DNA of 63,687 bases, counting the filler, from Dehalococcoidia bacterium (GTDB lineage Bacteria > Chloroflexota > Dehalococcoidia > DSTF01 > JACRBR01), in assembly GCA_041494685.1 (NCBI GenBank). It is 3 parts of 3 records of this genome, joined end to end, with 100 filler letters (N's around TTAATTAATTAA, not from the genome) between each part and the next. Parts side by side here need not be neighbours in the genome. Positions count along the whole stretch, not along the records: positions 24,315 to 48,037 come from JBGQBE010000052.1; 2 more parts are not named here. The stretch is one strand, 5' to 3'. A program made the translations under genes and the position numbers. Position 1 is the first letter of the stretch, and every line of letters starts with the position of its first letter. Below the pieces are notes generated by a model. The model was given only the letters and a program-made list of their open reading frames with translations, was not told the origin of the DNA and did not search any database. Of this stretch, positions 26,847 through 36,001 are shown in pieces.

Positions 26847-28010
26847 GTGCAGGCGCTCGTCAGCGCGTTCCGGCGCGAGTTCGGCCGCGCGCCCGACGGC
26901 ATCTCCGAGGCGCCCGGCCGCGTCAATCTGATCGGCGAGCACGTCGACTACAACGACGGCCTCGTGCTCCCGTTTGCGATCGATCGCAGCGTGCTGTGCG
27001 CGTGGGCGGCGCGCAACGACGGCGTGGTCCGTGCGTATTCGGCCGACTACGCGGAGCACGCGCGCTTCAGCCAGCCGGACGTGGCGCACTTCGGGAGCGG
27101 CGCGTGGGCGCCGTACGTCCGGGGCGTCATGGCCGCGCTGGCCGGCGCCGGCCATTCATTCTGCGGTGCGGACATCGCGATCGCGGGCGACGTGCCGCAG
27201 GGCGCCGGGCTCTCCTCGTCCGCCGCGCTCGAAGTCGCCGTCGCCGGCGCGTTCCGCGACGCGTGCGGCCTGCCGCTCGACGACATCGCGCTCGCGCAGC
27301 TCTGCCAGCGCGCCGAGAATGACTACGTCGGCGTCCAGTGCGGCATCATGGACCAGTTCGCGTCCACGCTCTCGCGCCGCGACCACGCGCTGCTCATCGA
27401 CTGCCGCTCTCTCGCCTACGAACACATCCCCCTGCGCCTCGAAGCCGCCGGCCTCGCCGTCGTCGTCGCCAACAGCGCCGCCAGCCGCACCCTCGCCGGC
27501 AGCGCCTACAACGAGCGCCGCCGCGAGTGCGAGGCCGCCGTCGCCGCACTGCGCGAGCGGCTCGGCCGCGACGACCTCCGCTCGCTGCGCGACGTCCGCA
27601 TCGCCGAGATCGTCGACCTCGACGTCACGTACGCTCCACCGCTCCGCCGCGCCCGCCACGTCGTCTCCGAGATCGCCCGCGTCGCCGCCGCAGTCGCCGC
27701 GCTCGCGGCAGACGACTTCGCCCGCGTCGGCGCGCTCATGCAGGAGTCCCACCTCAGCCTCCGCAACGACTACGAGGTCAGCAGCCGCGAGCTGGACCTG
27801 CTCGTCGGCCTCGCCACCGCACAGGACTACGTGCTCGGCGCACGCCTCACCGGCGCCGGATTCGGCGGATGCACCGTCAACCTCCTCCGCGCCGACGCCG
27901 TCGAAGCCTTCGAGCGTGACGTCATCGCCCCCTACCGCCAGCGCACCGGCCTCCCCGCCCAGCTCTACCTCACCCCGCCCCACGACGGCCTCCGCACCTG
28001 GCGCCTATAG
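26847..28010 (+). CDS. galK: Galactokinase
   Basis: APGRVNLIGEHVDYN, GAGLSSSAA, CGIMDQ, GARLTGAGFGG. Confidence 0.93.
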   Translation: MQALVSAFRREFGRAPDGISEAPGRVNLIGEHVDYNDGLVLPFAIDRSVLCAWAARNDGVVRAYSADYAEHARFSQPDVAHFGSGAWAPYVRGVMAALAGAGHSFCGADIAIAGDVPQGAGLSSSAALEVAVAGAFRDACGLPLDDIALAQLCQRAENDYVGVQCGIMDQFASTLSRRDHALLIDCRSLAYEHIPLRLEAAGLAVVVANSAASRTLAGSAYNERRRECEAAVAALRERLGRDDLRSLRDVRIAEIVDLDVTYAPPLRRARHVVSEIARVAAAVAALAADDFARVGALMQESHLSLRNDYEVSSRELDLLVGLATAQDYVLGARLTGAGFGGCTVNLLRADAVEAFERDVIAPYRQRTGLPAQLYLTPPHDGLRTWRL

Positions 28011-28036
28011 CGCGGCGCCCTCCGCAAGCCGTGCGT

Positions 28037-28200
28037 TGCCTGCTGTCTGTTGTCTGTTGTCTGCTGTCCACCTCTGCTGTTTGCCGTTTGCTGTTTGCTG
28101 TCTCTCGTCTGCTGTCTCCTGTTTGCTATCTCCCGTCTGCTGCGTCCCGCCCGCCGTCTCCCGCCTGCCGTCTATTGCCTGCTGTCTGCTGTCTGTTGTC
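28037..28200 (+). repeat. Degenerate heptamer tandem repeats (TGCTGTC/TGTTGTC/TGCCGTT)
   Basis: Visible 7-nt periodicity between galK and dapL. Confidence 0.75.
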
Positions 28201-28265
28201 CCCCGCCTCGCCTTCCGGCAGACATTCCCGTTCCCTACACTGCCCCCATCCACGGAGGGATCGGT

Positions 28266-29432
28266 ATGAGATTCGCTGACCGCATCGAGAAGCTGCCGCC
28301 GTACCTGTTCGCGCAGATCAGCAAGAAGGTCGCCGCGAAGAAGGCGCAGGGCATCGACGTCGTCTCGTTCGGCATCGGCGACCCCGACCTGCCGACGCCG
28401 CCGCACATCATCGACGCCCTCTGCGACGCCGCCCGCGAACCCGCGAACCACCGCTACCCCGAGACCGAGGGCCTGCCGGAGTTCCGCCAGGCCGTCGCGT
28501 CCTGGTACGAGCGCCGCTTCGGCGTCACGCTCGACCCGGCGAAGGAAGTGCTCTCGCTGATCGGCTCCAAGGAGGGCATCGGCCACATCGCCCTCTGCTT
28601 CATCGATCCGGGCGACGTCGCGCTCGTGCCCGACCCCGCGTACCCCGTCTACGAGATCGGCACGATGTTCGCCGGCGGCGAGACCTACAAGCTGCCGCTC
28701 ACCGGCGAGCGCAACTTCCTGCCCGACCTCGACGCCGTGCCGCTCGACGTGGCCGGCCGCGCGAAGGTGCTCTGGCTCAACTATCCCAACAACCCCACCG
28801 GCGCCGTCGCCGATATCGACTTCTTCGAGCGCGCGGTGCACTTCGCGAAGCGCCACGACATCGCGATCTGCCACGACGGCCCGTACAGCGAGGTGTCGTA
28901 CGACGAGTACGTGCCCGTGAGCTTCCTCCAGGCGAAGGACGCGCGGGACGTCGGCATCGAGTTCCACTCGCTCTCCAAGAGTTACAACATGACCGGCTGG
29001 CGCATCGGCATGGCCGTTGGCAACGCGCGGATCATCGACGCCCTGATGCGCGTGAAGTCGAACCTCGACTCCGGCGCGGCGCAGGCCATCCAGCGCATGG
29101 CGATCGCCGCGATGGAGGGGCCACAGGACGTGATTGAGGACCACAACCGCATCTACCAGCGTCGCCGCGACCGCGTCGTCGACGCCCTGCGCAAGCTCGG
29201 GCTGCAGGTGACGCCGCCCAAGGCCAGCCTCTACGTCTGGGCGAAGGTGCCCGACGGCATGACCTCGGCGGGCTTTGCCGAGCGGCTGCTCGACGAGGCC
29301 GCCGTCATCGTCACGCCGGGCAACGGCTACGGCGCGCACGGCGAGGGCTACGTGCGCCTCTCGCTCACCCTGCCCGACGACCGCATCGACGAAGGCCTCC
29401 GCCGCATCGCCGCGCTCCCCGCACTGGCCTGA
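28266..29432 (+). CDS. dapL: LL-diaminopimelate aminotransferase
   Basis: [50 protein letters not shown]. Confidence 0.88.
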   Translation: MRFADRIEKLPPYLFAQISKKVAAKKAQGIDVVSFGIGDPDLPTPPHIIDALCDAAREPANHRYPETEGLPEFRQAVASWYERRFGVTLDPAKEVLSLIGSKEGIGHIALCFIDPGDVALVPDPAYPVYEIGTMFAGGETYKLPLTGERNFLPDLDAVPLDVAGRAKVLWLNYPNNPTGAVADIDFFERAVHFAKRHDIAICHDGPYSEVSYDEYVPVSFLQAKDARDVGIEFHSLSKSYNMTGWRIGMAVGNARIIDALMRVKSNLDSGAAQAIQRMAIAAMEGPQDVIEDHNRIYQRRRDRVVDALRKLGLQVTPPKASLYVWAKVPDGMTSAGFAERLLDEAAVIVTPGNGYGAHGEGYVRLSLTLPDDRIDEGLRRIAALPALA

Positions 29433-29552
29433 CGCCCGCGGACGCCGCGAAGCGCGTGGCACAGCCGTCCCCGGCTGTGCGTCCGGCGCAGCCGGACTGT
29501 CCGCTCCACCTGCTACGATGAACGGGACGTACTGGCAGAATCGAGGCACAGC

Positions 29553-30779
29553 ATTCCCGCACGACACAGCACCGCAGAAGAGTCCGAGCGCGCCTACCTC
29601 GTCGGCGTGCAGCGCACCGGCGACCGCGAGGCGTGGCGCGGCGAAAGCTCGCTCGAAGAGCTGAGCCTGCTCGCCCAGACCGCCGGCGCCGTCGTCGTCG
29701 GCGCGTCGCTGCAGCGCCTCGCCGCGCCCAATCCCGCTACCTACATCGGCAAGGGCAAGCTCGAAGAGATCCGCCTCGGCGCGGCCGAGGGCGACTACTC
29801 GATGGTCATCTTCGACGACGAACTCTCACCGTCACAGCAGCAGCACGTCGAGGACGCCCTCAAGGTGAAGGTCCTCGACCGCACCGCGCTCATCCTCGAC
29901 ATCTTCGCCATGCGCGCGCGCACGCGAGAGGGTCGCCTCCAGGTGGACCTCGCGCAGTCGGAGTACCTGCTGCCGCGCCTCAAGGGCCAGTGGAGCCACC
30001 TCGAACGCCTCAGCGGCCGCAGCGGCGCGCCCGGCGCCATCGGCGTGCGCGGCCCCGGTGAGACGCAGATCGAGACGGACCGCCGCCTCGTCCGCAAGAA
30101 GATCACGAAGCTCAAGCAGGAGATCGAAGAGGTGCGCCAGCAGCGTTCGCTCTACCGTCGCCGCCGCGAGCGCGAAGGCGTGCCCGTGATCGCGCTCGTC
30201 GGCTATACGAACGCTGGCAAGAGCACACTGATGCGCGCGCTCACCCGCGACAGCGACGTCTTCGTGCAGAACCAGCTCTTCGCCACGCTCGACCCGCTCA
30301 CACGCCGCGTCTATCTCGACGAGACGCACCCGGCGTTGCTCACCGATACCGTCGGCTTCATCCAGAAGCTGCCCACGCAACTCGTCGCCGCCTTCCGCGC
30401 CACGCTCGAAGAGCTCACGGACGCGTCGGTGCTGTTGCATGTCGTCGACATCACGCACCCCGACGCGGCGCACCAGAGCCAGACCGTGGAACAGACGCTG
30501 CGCACCCTCGGCCTCGCCGACAAGCCGCGCATCACCGTGCTCAACAAGGTCGATCAGCTGCCCGACGCCGACGGCCACCCGGCCCGCTCGCTCGCCGAGC
30601 TGACGCCGTTCCAGCAGTCGCTGGGCGAGAACGTCCCCGGCGCGCTGCTCATCTCGGCCGAAAAGAAGTGGGGCATCGACGCGCTGAAGGCGCGCCTCAT
30701 CGAAGTGCTGCCCGAAAAGGTGCAGGCCACGGGTGACGCCCTACGTTCGAAGGACGAGGAGCTAACAGCTAACCGCTAA
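29553..30779 (+). CDS. hflX: GTPase HflX (probable ATT start at 29553)
   Basis: ERAYLVGV upstream of first GTG, DRTALILDIFA, GPGETQIE, GYTNAGKST, DTVGF, NKVD. Confidence 0.92.
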   Translation: MPARHSTAEESERAYLVGVQRTGDREAWRGESSLEELSLLAQTAGAVVVGASLQRLAAPNPATYIGKGKLEEIRLGAAEGDYSMVIFDDELSPSQQQHVEDALKVKVLDRTALILDIFAMRARTREGRLQVDLAQSEYLLPRLKGQWSHLERLSGRSGAPGAIGVRGPGETQIETDRRLVRKKITKLKQEIEEVRQQRSLYRRRREREGVPVIALVGYTNAGKSTLMRALTRDSDVFVQNQLFATLDPLTRRVYLDETHPALLTDTVGFIQKLPTQLVAAFRATLEELTDASVLLHVVDITHPDAAHQSQTVEQTLRTLGLADKPRITVLNKVDQLPDADGHPARSLAELTPFQQSLGENVPGALLISAEKKWGIDALKARLIEVLPEKVQATGDALRSKDEELTANR

Positions 30780-30786
30780 CAGCCGG

Positions 30787-31335
30787 CTAATCCCCCAGCA
30801 GCGTCTTGTAGCCCAGCGCCACGATCTCCTCGACGTACTCGCTGCGCCAGCCCGAGTTCGGTATCCGCATCTGGTGCTCGCGGTACCAGCGGTGGTAGCT
30901 CAGGTACTCGTCCTCGAGCTTGCGCCGCCACTCATCCTCTTCCGCGAAGATGTCAGGCTCCACGTCCTCGAGGCGCGCATCGATGTCGCTCGGGTCGATG
31001 TCCAGGTCTTCCTGCCAGTAGTCGGCCAGGTAGTCCAGGCAGTCTTCCAGGTCCTTGCGACAGTCGTTCACCAGCAGGCTCATCATGGCTTCCTGGTCGA
31101 CCGGGTTAGCGCGCAGCCGCAGCTCGCGGGCGCAGTTCTCGCACACCACCACCAGGCGGCGGGCGTCGCACTCTTCCTTGTTCTTGCAGTTGTGAGTCCG
31201 GGGGGCGTATTCGGCGGCCGCCGGCGACCGGGTGTACCCCGCCACGAGGGTGCTGTTCAGCGAGCCGCAGCGCAGGCACGAGAGCTTGTCCGCGAAGATG
31301 TCGTCGATCGTTTGGTCCCAGTTGATCTGCATCAT
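30787..31335 (-). CDS. Hypothetical protein with Cys-rich (putative Zn-binding) N-terminus and acidic helical C-terminus
   Basis: CLRC..C-x5-C..CENC; SD GGAGG. Confidence 0.7.
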   Translation of the reverse strand: MMQINWDQTIDDIFADKLSCLRCGSLNSTLVAGYTRSPAAAEYAPRTHNCKNKEECDARRLVVVCENCARELRLRANPVDQEAMMSLLVNDCRKDLEDCLDYLADYWQEDLDIDPSDIDARLEDVEPDIFAEEDEWRRKLEDEYLSYHRWYREHQMRIPNSGWRSEYVEEIVALGYKTLLGD

Positions 31336-31498
31336 GCGCCTCCCCTCCGGCCCGTTCGAAACTGCACAGCCATCTTACTGGAACCTCGGTAGGCGGACAA
31401 CGCGCCGAATCTGAAACGGCCCGCGAATCGTGGGTGGACTACCCGTTCGGGGACGCTGGCGGCAGCCGATACTAGTACCGGTAAAGGGGGTAGCAATC

Positions 31499-32335
31499 GT
31501 GAGCATGCGTCGCGGACGTTCCATCCGTTTCGTGCCGGACCAATCCCAGGGGCCCGTGATCACGTCGCGCGGCCGCCCTCGCGAGAAGCGCCCGCCGATC
31601 TCGTGGATGACGCTCCTCGTGCGCCTGCTCGTGGGCGCCTGGGCGTTCACCATCATTGTCGCGTTGCTGGATGAGTTCGGCCTCGTAGCGCACCTGCCGT
31701 TCCTGCTCGCCATGGGCATGACGGGGCTGCTGGTCACCGTGTCCTTCCTCATCACCCGCGAGGACATGGCGCCCGCGCCGGAAGCGGCCGGCGATGGCCG
31801 CCGCACCGACGGCGATGACACCACCGCGGCTCATGACCCCCTGACCGAGTTGCCCACGTTCAACTACTTCGCACGCCGCCTCAACGACGAATTCGGACGG
31901 TCGCGCCGCCTGGGCAAGCAGGTATCCATCGTGCTGATCGACGTCAACAACCTCAGCGCCGTCAACAAGGAGTACGGCGTCCGGGCCGGCGACGAGGTGC
32001 TGAAGCACGTGGCGAAGGTCATCGACAACACGCGTCGCTACAACGATGTCGCCGCCCGCCTGGGCGACGATGAATTCGGCGTCATCCTGCTGGATACCGG
32101 CGAACAGGGCATCGGCGCGTTCATCGACCGGCTCGAAGATCGTCTCGCGCGCGACTCCGCGGTTGCCGAGGTCGGCGGACGCAGCATCTCGCTCTGGGCC
32201 GGAGTCTGCTCCGGAAGCGCCAGCTCAAACCCCACCATGATGCAGTCCGAAGCGGTACTGGAGGCCGGGATGGCCAGCCTGAACCAGGCCAAGCAGGAAC
32301 GCGAGCGCCGCCGCCGCATGTGGCTGTCGGCGTAG
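31499..32335 (+). CDS. Two-TM GGDEF-domain protein with GDDEF variant
   Basis: HDPLTELP, VLIDV, GDEVL, RYND-x5-GDDEF. Confidence 0.85.
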   Translation: MSMRRGRSIRFVPDQSQGPVITSRGRPREKRPPISWMTLLVRLLVGAWAFTIIVALLDEFGLVAHLPFLLAMGMTGLLVTVSFLITREDMAPAPEAAGDGRRTDGDDTTAAHDPLTELPTFNYFARRLNDEFGRSRRLGKQVSIVLIDVNNLSAVNKEYGVRAGDEVLKHVAKVIDNTRRYNDVAARLGDDEFGVILLDTGEQGIGAFIDRLEDRLARDSAVAEVGGRSISLWAGVCSGSASSNPTMMQSEAVLEAGMASLNQAKQERERRRRMWLSA

Positions 32336-32437
32336 GAAGCGGTCAGCGGGTCAGCCCGTCAGCCCCCGCGGGCTTGCTGGCGGACGCTCTGATCAGCTTG
32401 ACAAGCTGACTCGCGCCGACAAGCTCACAAGCTGCCC

Positions 32438-32947
32438 TCACGCCGCCTTCGGGATCCCCAGCCGCCGGGCGGCGGCTTCCGCGTCGATCTCGTCCGAGCG
32501 CGTCAGCATCTGGATCAGGGCCCCGATCCGCAGGATCTCGGCCAGGGCACCCGCGCCCGCCGCCAGGCTGCGCTCGGCACAGGCCTCGTAGGCGGCTCGC
32601 AGCTGCCCGCGCAGCGCGTCGTCCCTCGATGCCTCAGCCCACACCTCGATCAGCACCCTGCCGATGGCGCTGGGCGCCAGCGACGGCAGTTCTGCCGCCT
32701 CGAACGGCGGCAGGATCGCCCCCACCTCCGCCAGGCGCTTGACAACCCCGGCCAGCACGGCTGACTTCGTCGGGAAGTGGTGGTAGAGTCCGCCCTTGGA
32801 ACATGCCGCCGCCATGCAGATGTCGTCCATCGAGGCCGCCGTATAACCTTTCAACGCGAACACGGTCAGCGCCGCTTGCACGATCTGCTCGCGGGCATGC
32901 TGGGACCGCTGTGCCTGGCGATTCGGGCTCGTTGGGTTGACGCTCAC
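32438..32947 (-). CDS. TetR family regulator
   Basis: IVQAALTVF..KGY..ASMDDI..AAACSKGGLYHHFPTK. Confidence 0.88.
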   Translation of the reverse strand: MSVNPTSPNRQAQRSQHAREQIVQAALTVFALKGYTAASMDDICMAAACSKGGLYHHFPTKSAVLAGVVKRLAEVGAILPPFEAAELPSLAPSAIGRVLIEVWAEASRDDALRGQLRAAYEACAERSLAAGAGALAEILRIGALIQMLTRSDEIDAEAAARRLGIPKAA

Positions 32948-32954
32948 ATCTGAT

Positions 32955-32982
32955 GTATCGGCCGCAATACACAGGGTCTGTA
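32955..32982 (-). promoter_or_regulatory. Sigma-28-like promoter (leaderless tetR)
   Basis: TACA-N16-GCCGATAC, 7 nt before GTG start. Confidence 0.55.
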
Positions 32983-33031
32983 CGGCGGCCGTCGGGATTC
33001 GTCAAGTTTTTCACTTTTGACCGGATCACGG

Positions 33032-33079
33032 TTGACAGGATCTCCCGGCGGGCGTATAAAGATACCGACGAGTCGGTAT
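33032..33079 (+). promoter_or_regulatory. Sigma-70-type promoter with palindromic operator over +1
   Basis: TTGACA-N17-TATAAA, then ATACCGAC-GA-GTCGGTAT. Confidence 0.75.
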
Positions 33080-33151
33080 TGCTACCGGCCTGGCGGCAGA
33101 AGGACGAAGCGCTCCCTGTTGGGGCGGCCCGGATCGAAGGAGGATAGGCAA

Positions 33152-33172
33152 ATGTTCCGCGTGATGTGGTAA
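33152..33172 (+). CDS. Putative 6-aa micro-ORF MFRVMW
   Basis: SD AAGGAGG 8 nt before ATG; only SD-led ORF between promoter and hairpin. Confidence 0.4.
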   Translation: MFRVMW

Positions 33173-33200
33173 ACGGCTGCACCTCAGTCACTCAAGCAAC

Positions 33201-33232
33201 ACGAATGGGCTCCCGACCGGGAGCCCATTCGT
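33201..33232. terminator. Strong hairpin between micro-ORF transcript and convergent HD-GYP gene
   Basis: ACGAATGGGCTCCC-GACC-GGGAGCCCATTCGT (14 bp). Confidence 0.7.
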
Positions 33233-33255
33233 TATGTAGCGCACTCGGTTCCCTT

Positions 33256-34758
33256 CTACGCCGCGGCTCTCGGGGCTGCGGCCGCGTGGTGCTCCGTCTC
33301 CTCGTCATGTTCCTGGTACCGGATCTCCACGATCTTGTCCCACGCCAGAAGGAACGCCTGCGCGCACCGCGGGTCGAACTGCGTGCCGCTGCAGCGGATG
33401 ATCTCCTCGCGCGATGCGTCCACCGAGAGCGCGGCGCGGTACGGCCGGTCGGAGGTCATCGCGTCGAAGGTGTCCGCCAGCACGAAGATCCGCGCGCCCA
33501 GCGGGATCTCGTCGGCCGTCAGCCCGCGCGGATAGCCCTTGCCGTCGAACCGCTCGTGGTGCGTCAACACGATCCGAGAAGCGCCGCTGAGGAAGCTGAT
33601 GTCCTTCAGCATGTCGAAGCCGATCTTCGGGTGCCGGCGCATGTCCACCCACTCGTCTTCCGTGAGCGAGCCGGGCTTGTGCAGGATCGTGTCCGACACG
33701 CCGATCTTGCCGATGTCGTGCAGCAGGCCGCCCCGCTGCATGTCCACCCACTCGTCGGTCCCCGGCTCGATACCCATATGGAACGCGATCTCCATCATGT
33801 ACTTCGCCACGCGGATCGAGTGGCCCTTCGTCTCGCGGTCGCGCGCGTCCAGCGCCGATACCAGCGCTTCCAGCGTGCCGTCGTAAGTATCGCGAAGCTG
33901 CTCCGCCATGCCTAAGATGTCCCGGTTGGCCTTCTGTAGTTCGCGGTTACGCTGGTTGAGTTCCTCGACGTTCTGGGCCGTCTTGTCGATGTACTGCTTG
34001 ATCGCGAAGCGCATCATCAGCGGCGGCGCCACGAACGCCAGCAGGCCAAAGTAACTCAACCCCTCGTACGCGACCGCCAGCGCCAGGCCGAGCAGGCCGA
34101 AGACCAGGTAGTGCGGCAGCAGCCATTCGAACTTCTCGCGGAACACCGCCGTGATCGACTGCCGCGTGGCAAGGCTGACCGCCACAGTCACGAGGCTGAT
34201 GTTCATCAGGTAGTACAGCCCGATGCCGAGGACCGCAATCGGGATGAGCCATCCCGTGATCGGCAGGCGCTGCGGCCCCGTCAGCGACACCAGGCTGTGC
34301 ACCATGGCCGCCATCGTGACGTTGACCACGATGACCGAGCCCACGTTGAACAGGCGCTTGTACCAGGCACTGCCGCCCAACGGATCGGTCGCAAGGGCGG
34401 CGAAGGGGCTGGCTATCACGGCGCCGGCGGGGCCGTACAGGAACGCGATCGCAAAGTCGCCGACCATGGCGATGGAGATCGTCGTGTCGCCGTAGATCGG
34501 CACGCGGGTGCGCTCCATCGCGAGCGCCAGCAGCGCCAGCACGACGAATCCGGGGAGATCGTTCGTACTCAGGCGGGGCGCGAAGAACGCGATGCTGAGC
34601 AACCCCGCACCGAAGACAGCCAGGACGTACGCGAGCGCCCTGGGGGGCAGACTCTCGGCCGGTTCCGGCCGGGCGGACGCCACCGGCAATTCGATGATCT
34701 TCGAATTGGGGCCCGTTTCGGAGCGCGCGGGCAGTTCCCGGATAGGCTCGTCGAGCAT
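33256..34758 (-). CDS. Membrane-bound HD-GYP phosphodiesterase
   Basis: Multi-TM N-terminus; TKGHSIRV, LHDIGKIG, HHERFDGKGYP, DTFDAMTSDRPYR. Confidence 0.9.
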   Translation of the reverse strand: MLDEPIRELPARSETGPNSKIIELPVASARPEPAESLPPRALAYVLAVFGAGLLSIAFFAPRLSTNDLPGFVVLALLALAMERTRVPIYGDTTISIAMVGDFAIAFLYGPAGAVIASPFAALATDPLGGSAWYKRLFNVGSVIVVNVTMAAMVHSLVSLTGPQRLPITGWLIPIAVLGIGLYYLMNISLVTVAVSLATRQSITAVFREKFEWLLPHYLVFGLLGLALAVAYEGLSYFGLLAFVAPPLMMRFAIKQYIDKTAQNVEELNQRNRELQKANRDILGMAEQLRDTYDGTLEALVSALDARDRETKGHSIRVAKYMMEIAFHMGIEPGTDEWVDMQRGGLLHDIGKIGVSDTILHKPGSLTEDEWVDMRRHPKIGFDMLKDISFLSGASRIVLTHHERFDGKGYPRGLTADEIPLGARIFVLADTFDAMTSDRPYRAALSVDASREEIIRCSGTQFDPRCAQAFLLAWDKIVEIRYQEHDEETEHHAAAAPRAAA

Positions 34759-34807
34759 ACGCCCTGCCTGACTGCGTCGTAGCCCCCGACCTCAAGGGCC
34801 TAGTCCA

Positions 34808-34835
34808 TTATCGACGCAATCAGCTTCGGCCCGTA
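34808..34835 (-). promoter_or_regulatory. Sigma-28-like promoter of HD-GYP gene
   Basis: TACG-N16-GTCGATAA. Confidence 0.5.
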
Positions 34836-34838
34836 GTG

Positions 34839-35573
34839 CTAGGCCGCCTCATCAAACTGCAGGGCCATCTGCCGCCGCAGGGAGGAAAGGATCCGCTTGT
34901 GAAGCTGGCAGACACGGGATTCGGACAACCCCATCATCTGGCCAATCTCGTGGAACGGCCTCGCGTCGGAGTACCGCAGGCGCAGGATCGCCCGGTCGCG
35001 GACGCTCAGGTGCTTGAGAGCCAAATCCAGCATCCCCAGCGCGGCGTTGTGGTCGGCGACCTTCGCCGGGTCGCCCGACTCGTCCTCGTCCGCCGGGTCC
35101 AGCGAGGGCGAGCCCTCCCCGTCGCGATCCTGGAGCGCGTGCTCCAGCGAGATGAACTTGGAGCCGGCATGCTTCTGGATGCTGCCCAGCTGCTCGACCG
35201 GCATGCCCATCCGGAACGCGATCTCCTTCTGCGTCGGCCAGCGTCCAAGCACCGCCGAGAGCTCCTGGGAAGCCGCCTCGACCTCCCTCGTGCTCCTGCG
35301 CAGCGAGCGCGGCAGCGGGTCCATCTTCCGGATCGCGTCGAGGATCGAGCCGCGGATGCGGCGGACGGCGAAGCTGGCGAAGCTGGTGCCCCGCTCTTCG
35401 TCGAAGGCGTCCACCGACTGGATCAGGCCCTCGATGCCATACGCCAGCGCATCCTCCCGGTCGAGTCCGAGCGTCTTCTGATTGTCCGTGGACATGCGGC
35501 CGACGACGAACGCCACCAGCGGCATGTGCTTCATGATCATCTCTTGGCGGGCTTGAGCGCTTGCCGTCACCAT
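34839..35573 (-). CDS. FliA/WhiG-family sigma-28 factor
   Basis: PLVAFVV, GLIQSVDAFD.ERG..F..FA.RRIRGSILDAIRKMDPLPRSLR, EIG.MMGLSESRVCQLH. Confidence 0.9.
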   Translation of the reverse strand: MVTASAQARQEMIMKHMPLVAFVVGRMSTDNQKTLGLDREDALAYGIEGLIQSVDAFDEERGTSFASFAVRRIRGSILDAIRKMDPLPRSLRRSTREVEAASQELSAVLGRWPTQKEIAFRMGMPVEQLGSIQKHAGSKFISLEHALQDRDGEGSPSLDPADEDESGDPAKVADHNAALGMLDLALKHLSVRDRAILRLRYSDARPFHEIGQMMGLSESRVCQLHKRILSSLRRQMALQFDEAA

Positions 35574-35595
35574 CGTCGGACCCCCCTCTGCTGCC

Positions 35596-35634
35596 AAACA
35601 GAAACGCCACCTGTCCAGAGGGAGACAGGCGGCG
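35596..35634 (-). terminator. Intrinsic terminator in sigma-28 leader (riboswitch expression platform)
   Basis: CGCCGCCTGTC-N8-GACAGGTGGCG followed by TTTCTGTTT on minus strand. Confidence 0.75.
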
Positions 35635-35671
35635 CTATCGCTTCGACTTCGAACCTGGCGGGGTCCGAGGT

Positions 35672-35752
35672 GGTCGGCGGCCCGGCTTTCCGCCTGCCTG
35701 GCGGACCCGTGGCTTTGCGTCCTCGCCTCGCGGCGAGTTTGCCCGTTCGTAA
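35672..35752 (-). promoter_or_regulatory. c-di-GMP-I (GEMM) riboswitch
   Basis: GGGCAAACTCGCC-GCGA-GGCGAGGACGCAAAGCCACGGGTC...AGCCGGGCCGCCGA matches the class I consensus. Confidence 0.9.
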
Positions 35753-35959
35753 CCTCTGGACGAACTCACTCCGCCCTCCTGGCCGCGCCTCGTCCACCGC
35801 ATCGTGCAGTACGCTCGACAACCCATAACGCGGCTCATCGCCGTTTGTTACAGGTCCGGACGGGAGAATTTCCGACCCTCCCGCCACAACGAGCCACACC
35901 GGCCACAATTTGTGATGTCAACAACACTGGAAAAACACGCGCCCAGGATGCATACTCTG

Positions 35960-35987
35960 TAGTTGGACGGCGGATGCCGGCCGATAA
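35960..35987 (+). promoter_or_regulatory. Sigma-28-like promoter of tetR/sugar operon
   Basis: TAGT-N16-GCCGATAA. Confidence 0.55.
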
Positions 35988-36001
35988 GTCTAGGGGACGA
36001 T

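Noticed and set aside
28037..28200. CRISPR array
   Set aside because: 7-nt degenerate periodicity without unique spacers; no cas genes in the window
35672..35752. c-AMP-GMP-sensing riboswitch variant
   Set aside because: Position equivalent to G20 is G (GGGCAAAC), consistent with c-di-GMP
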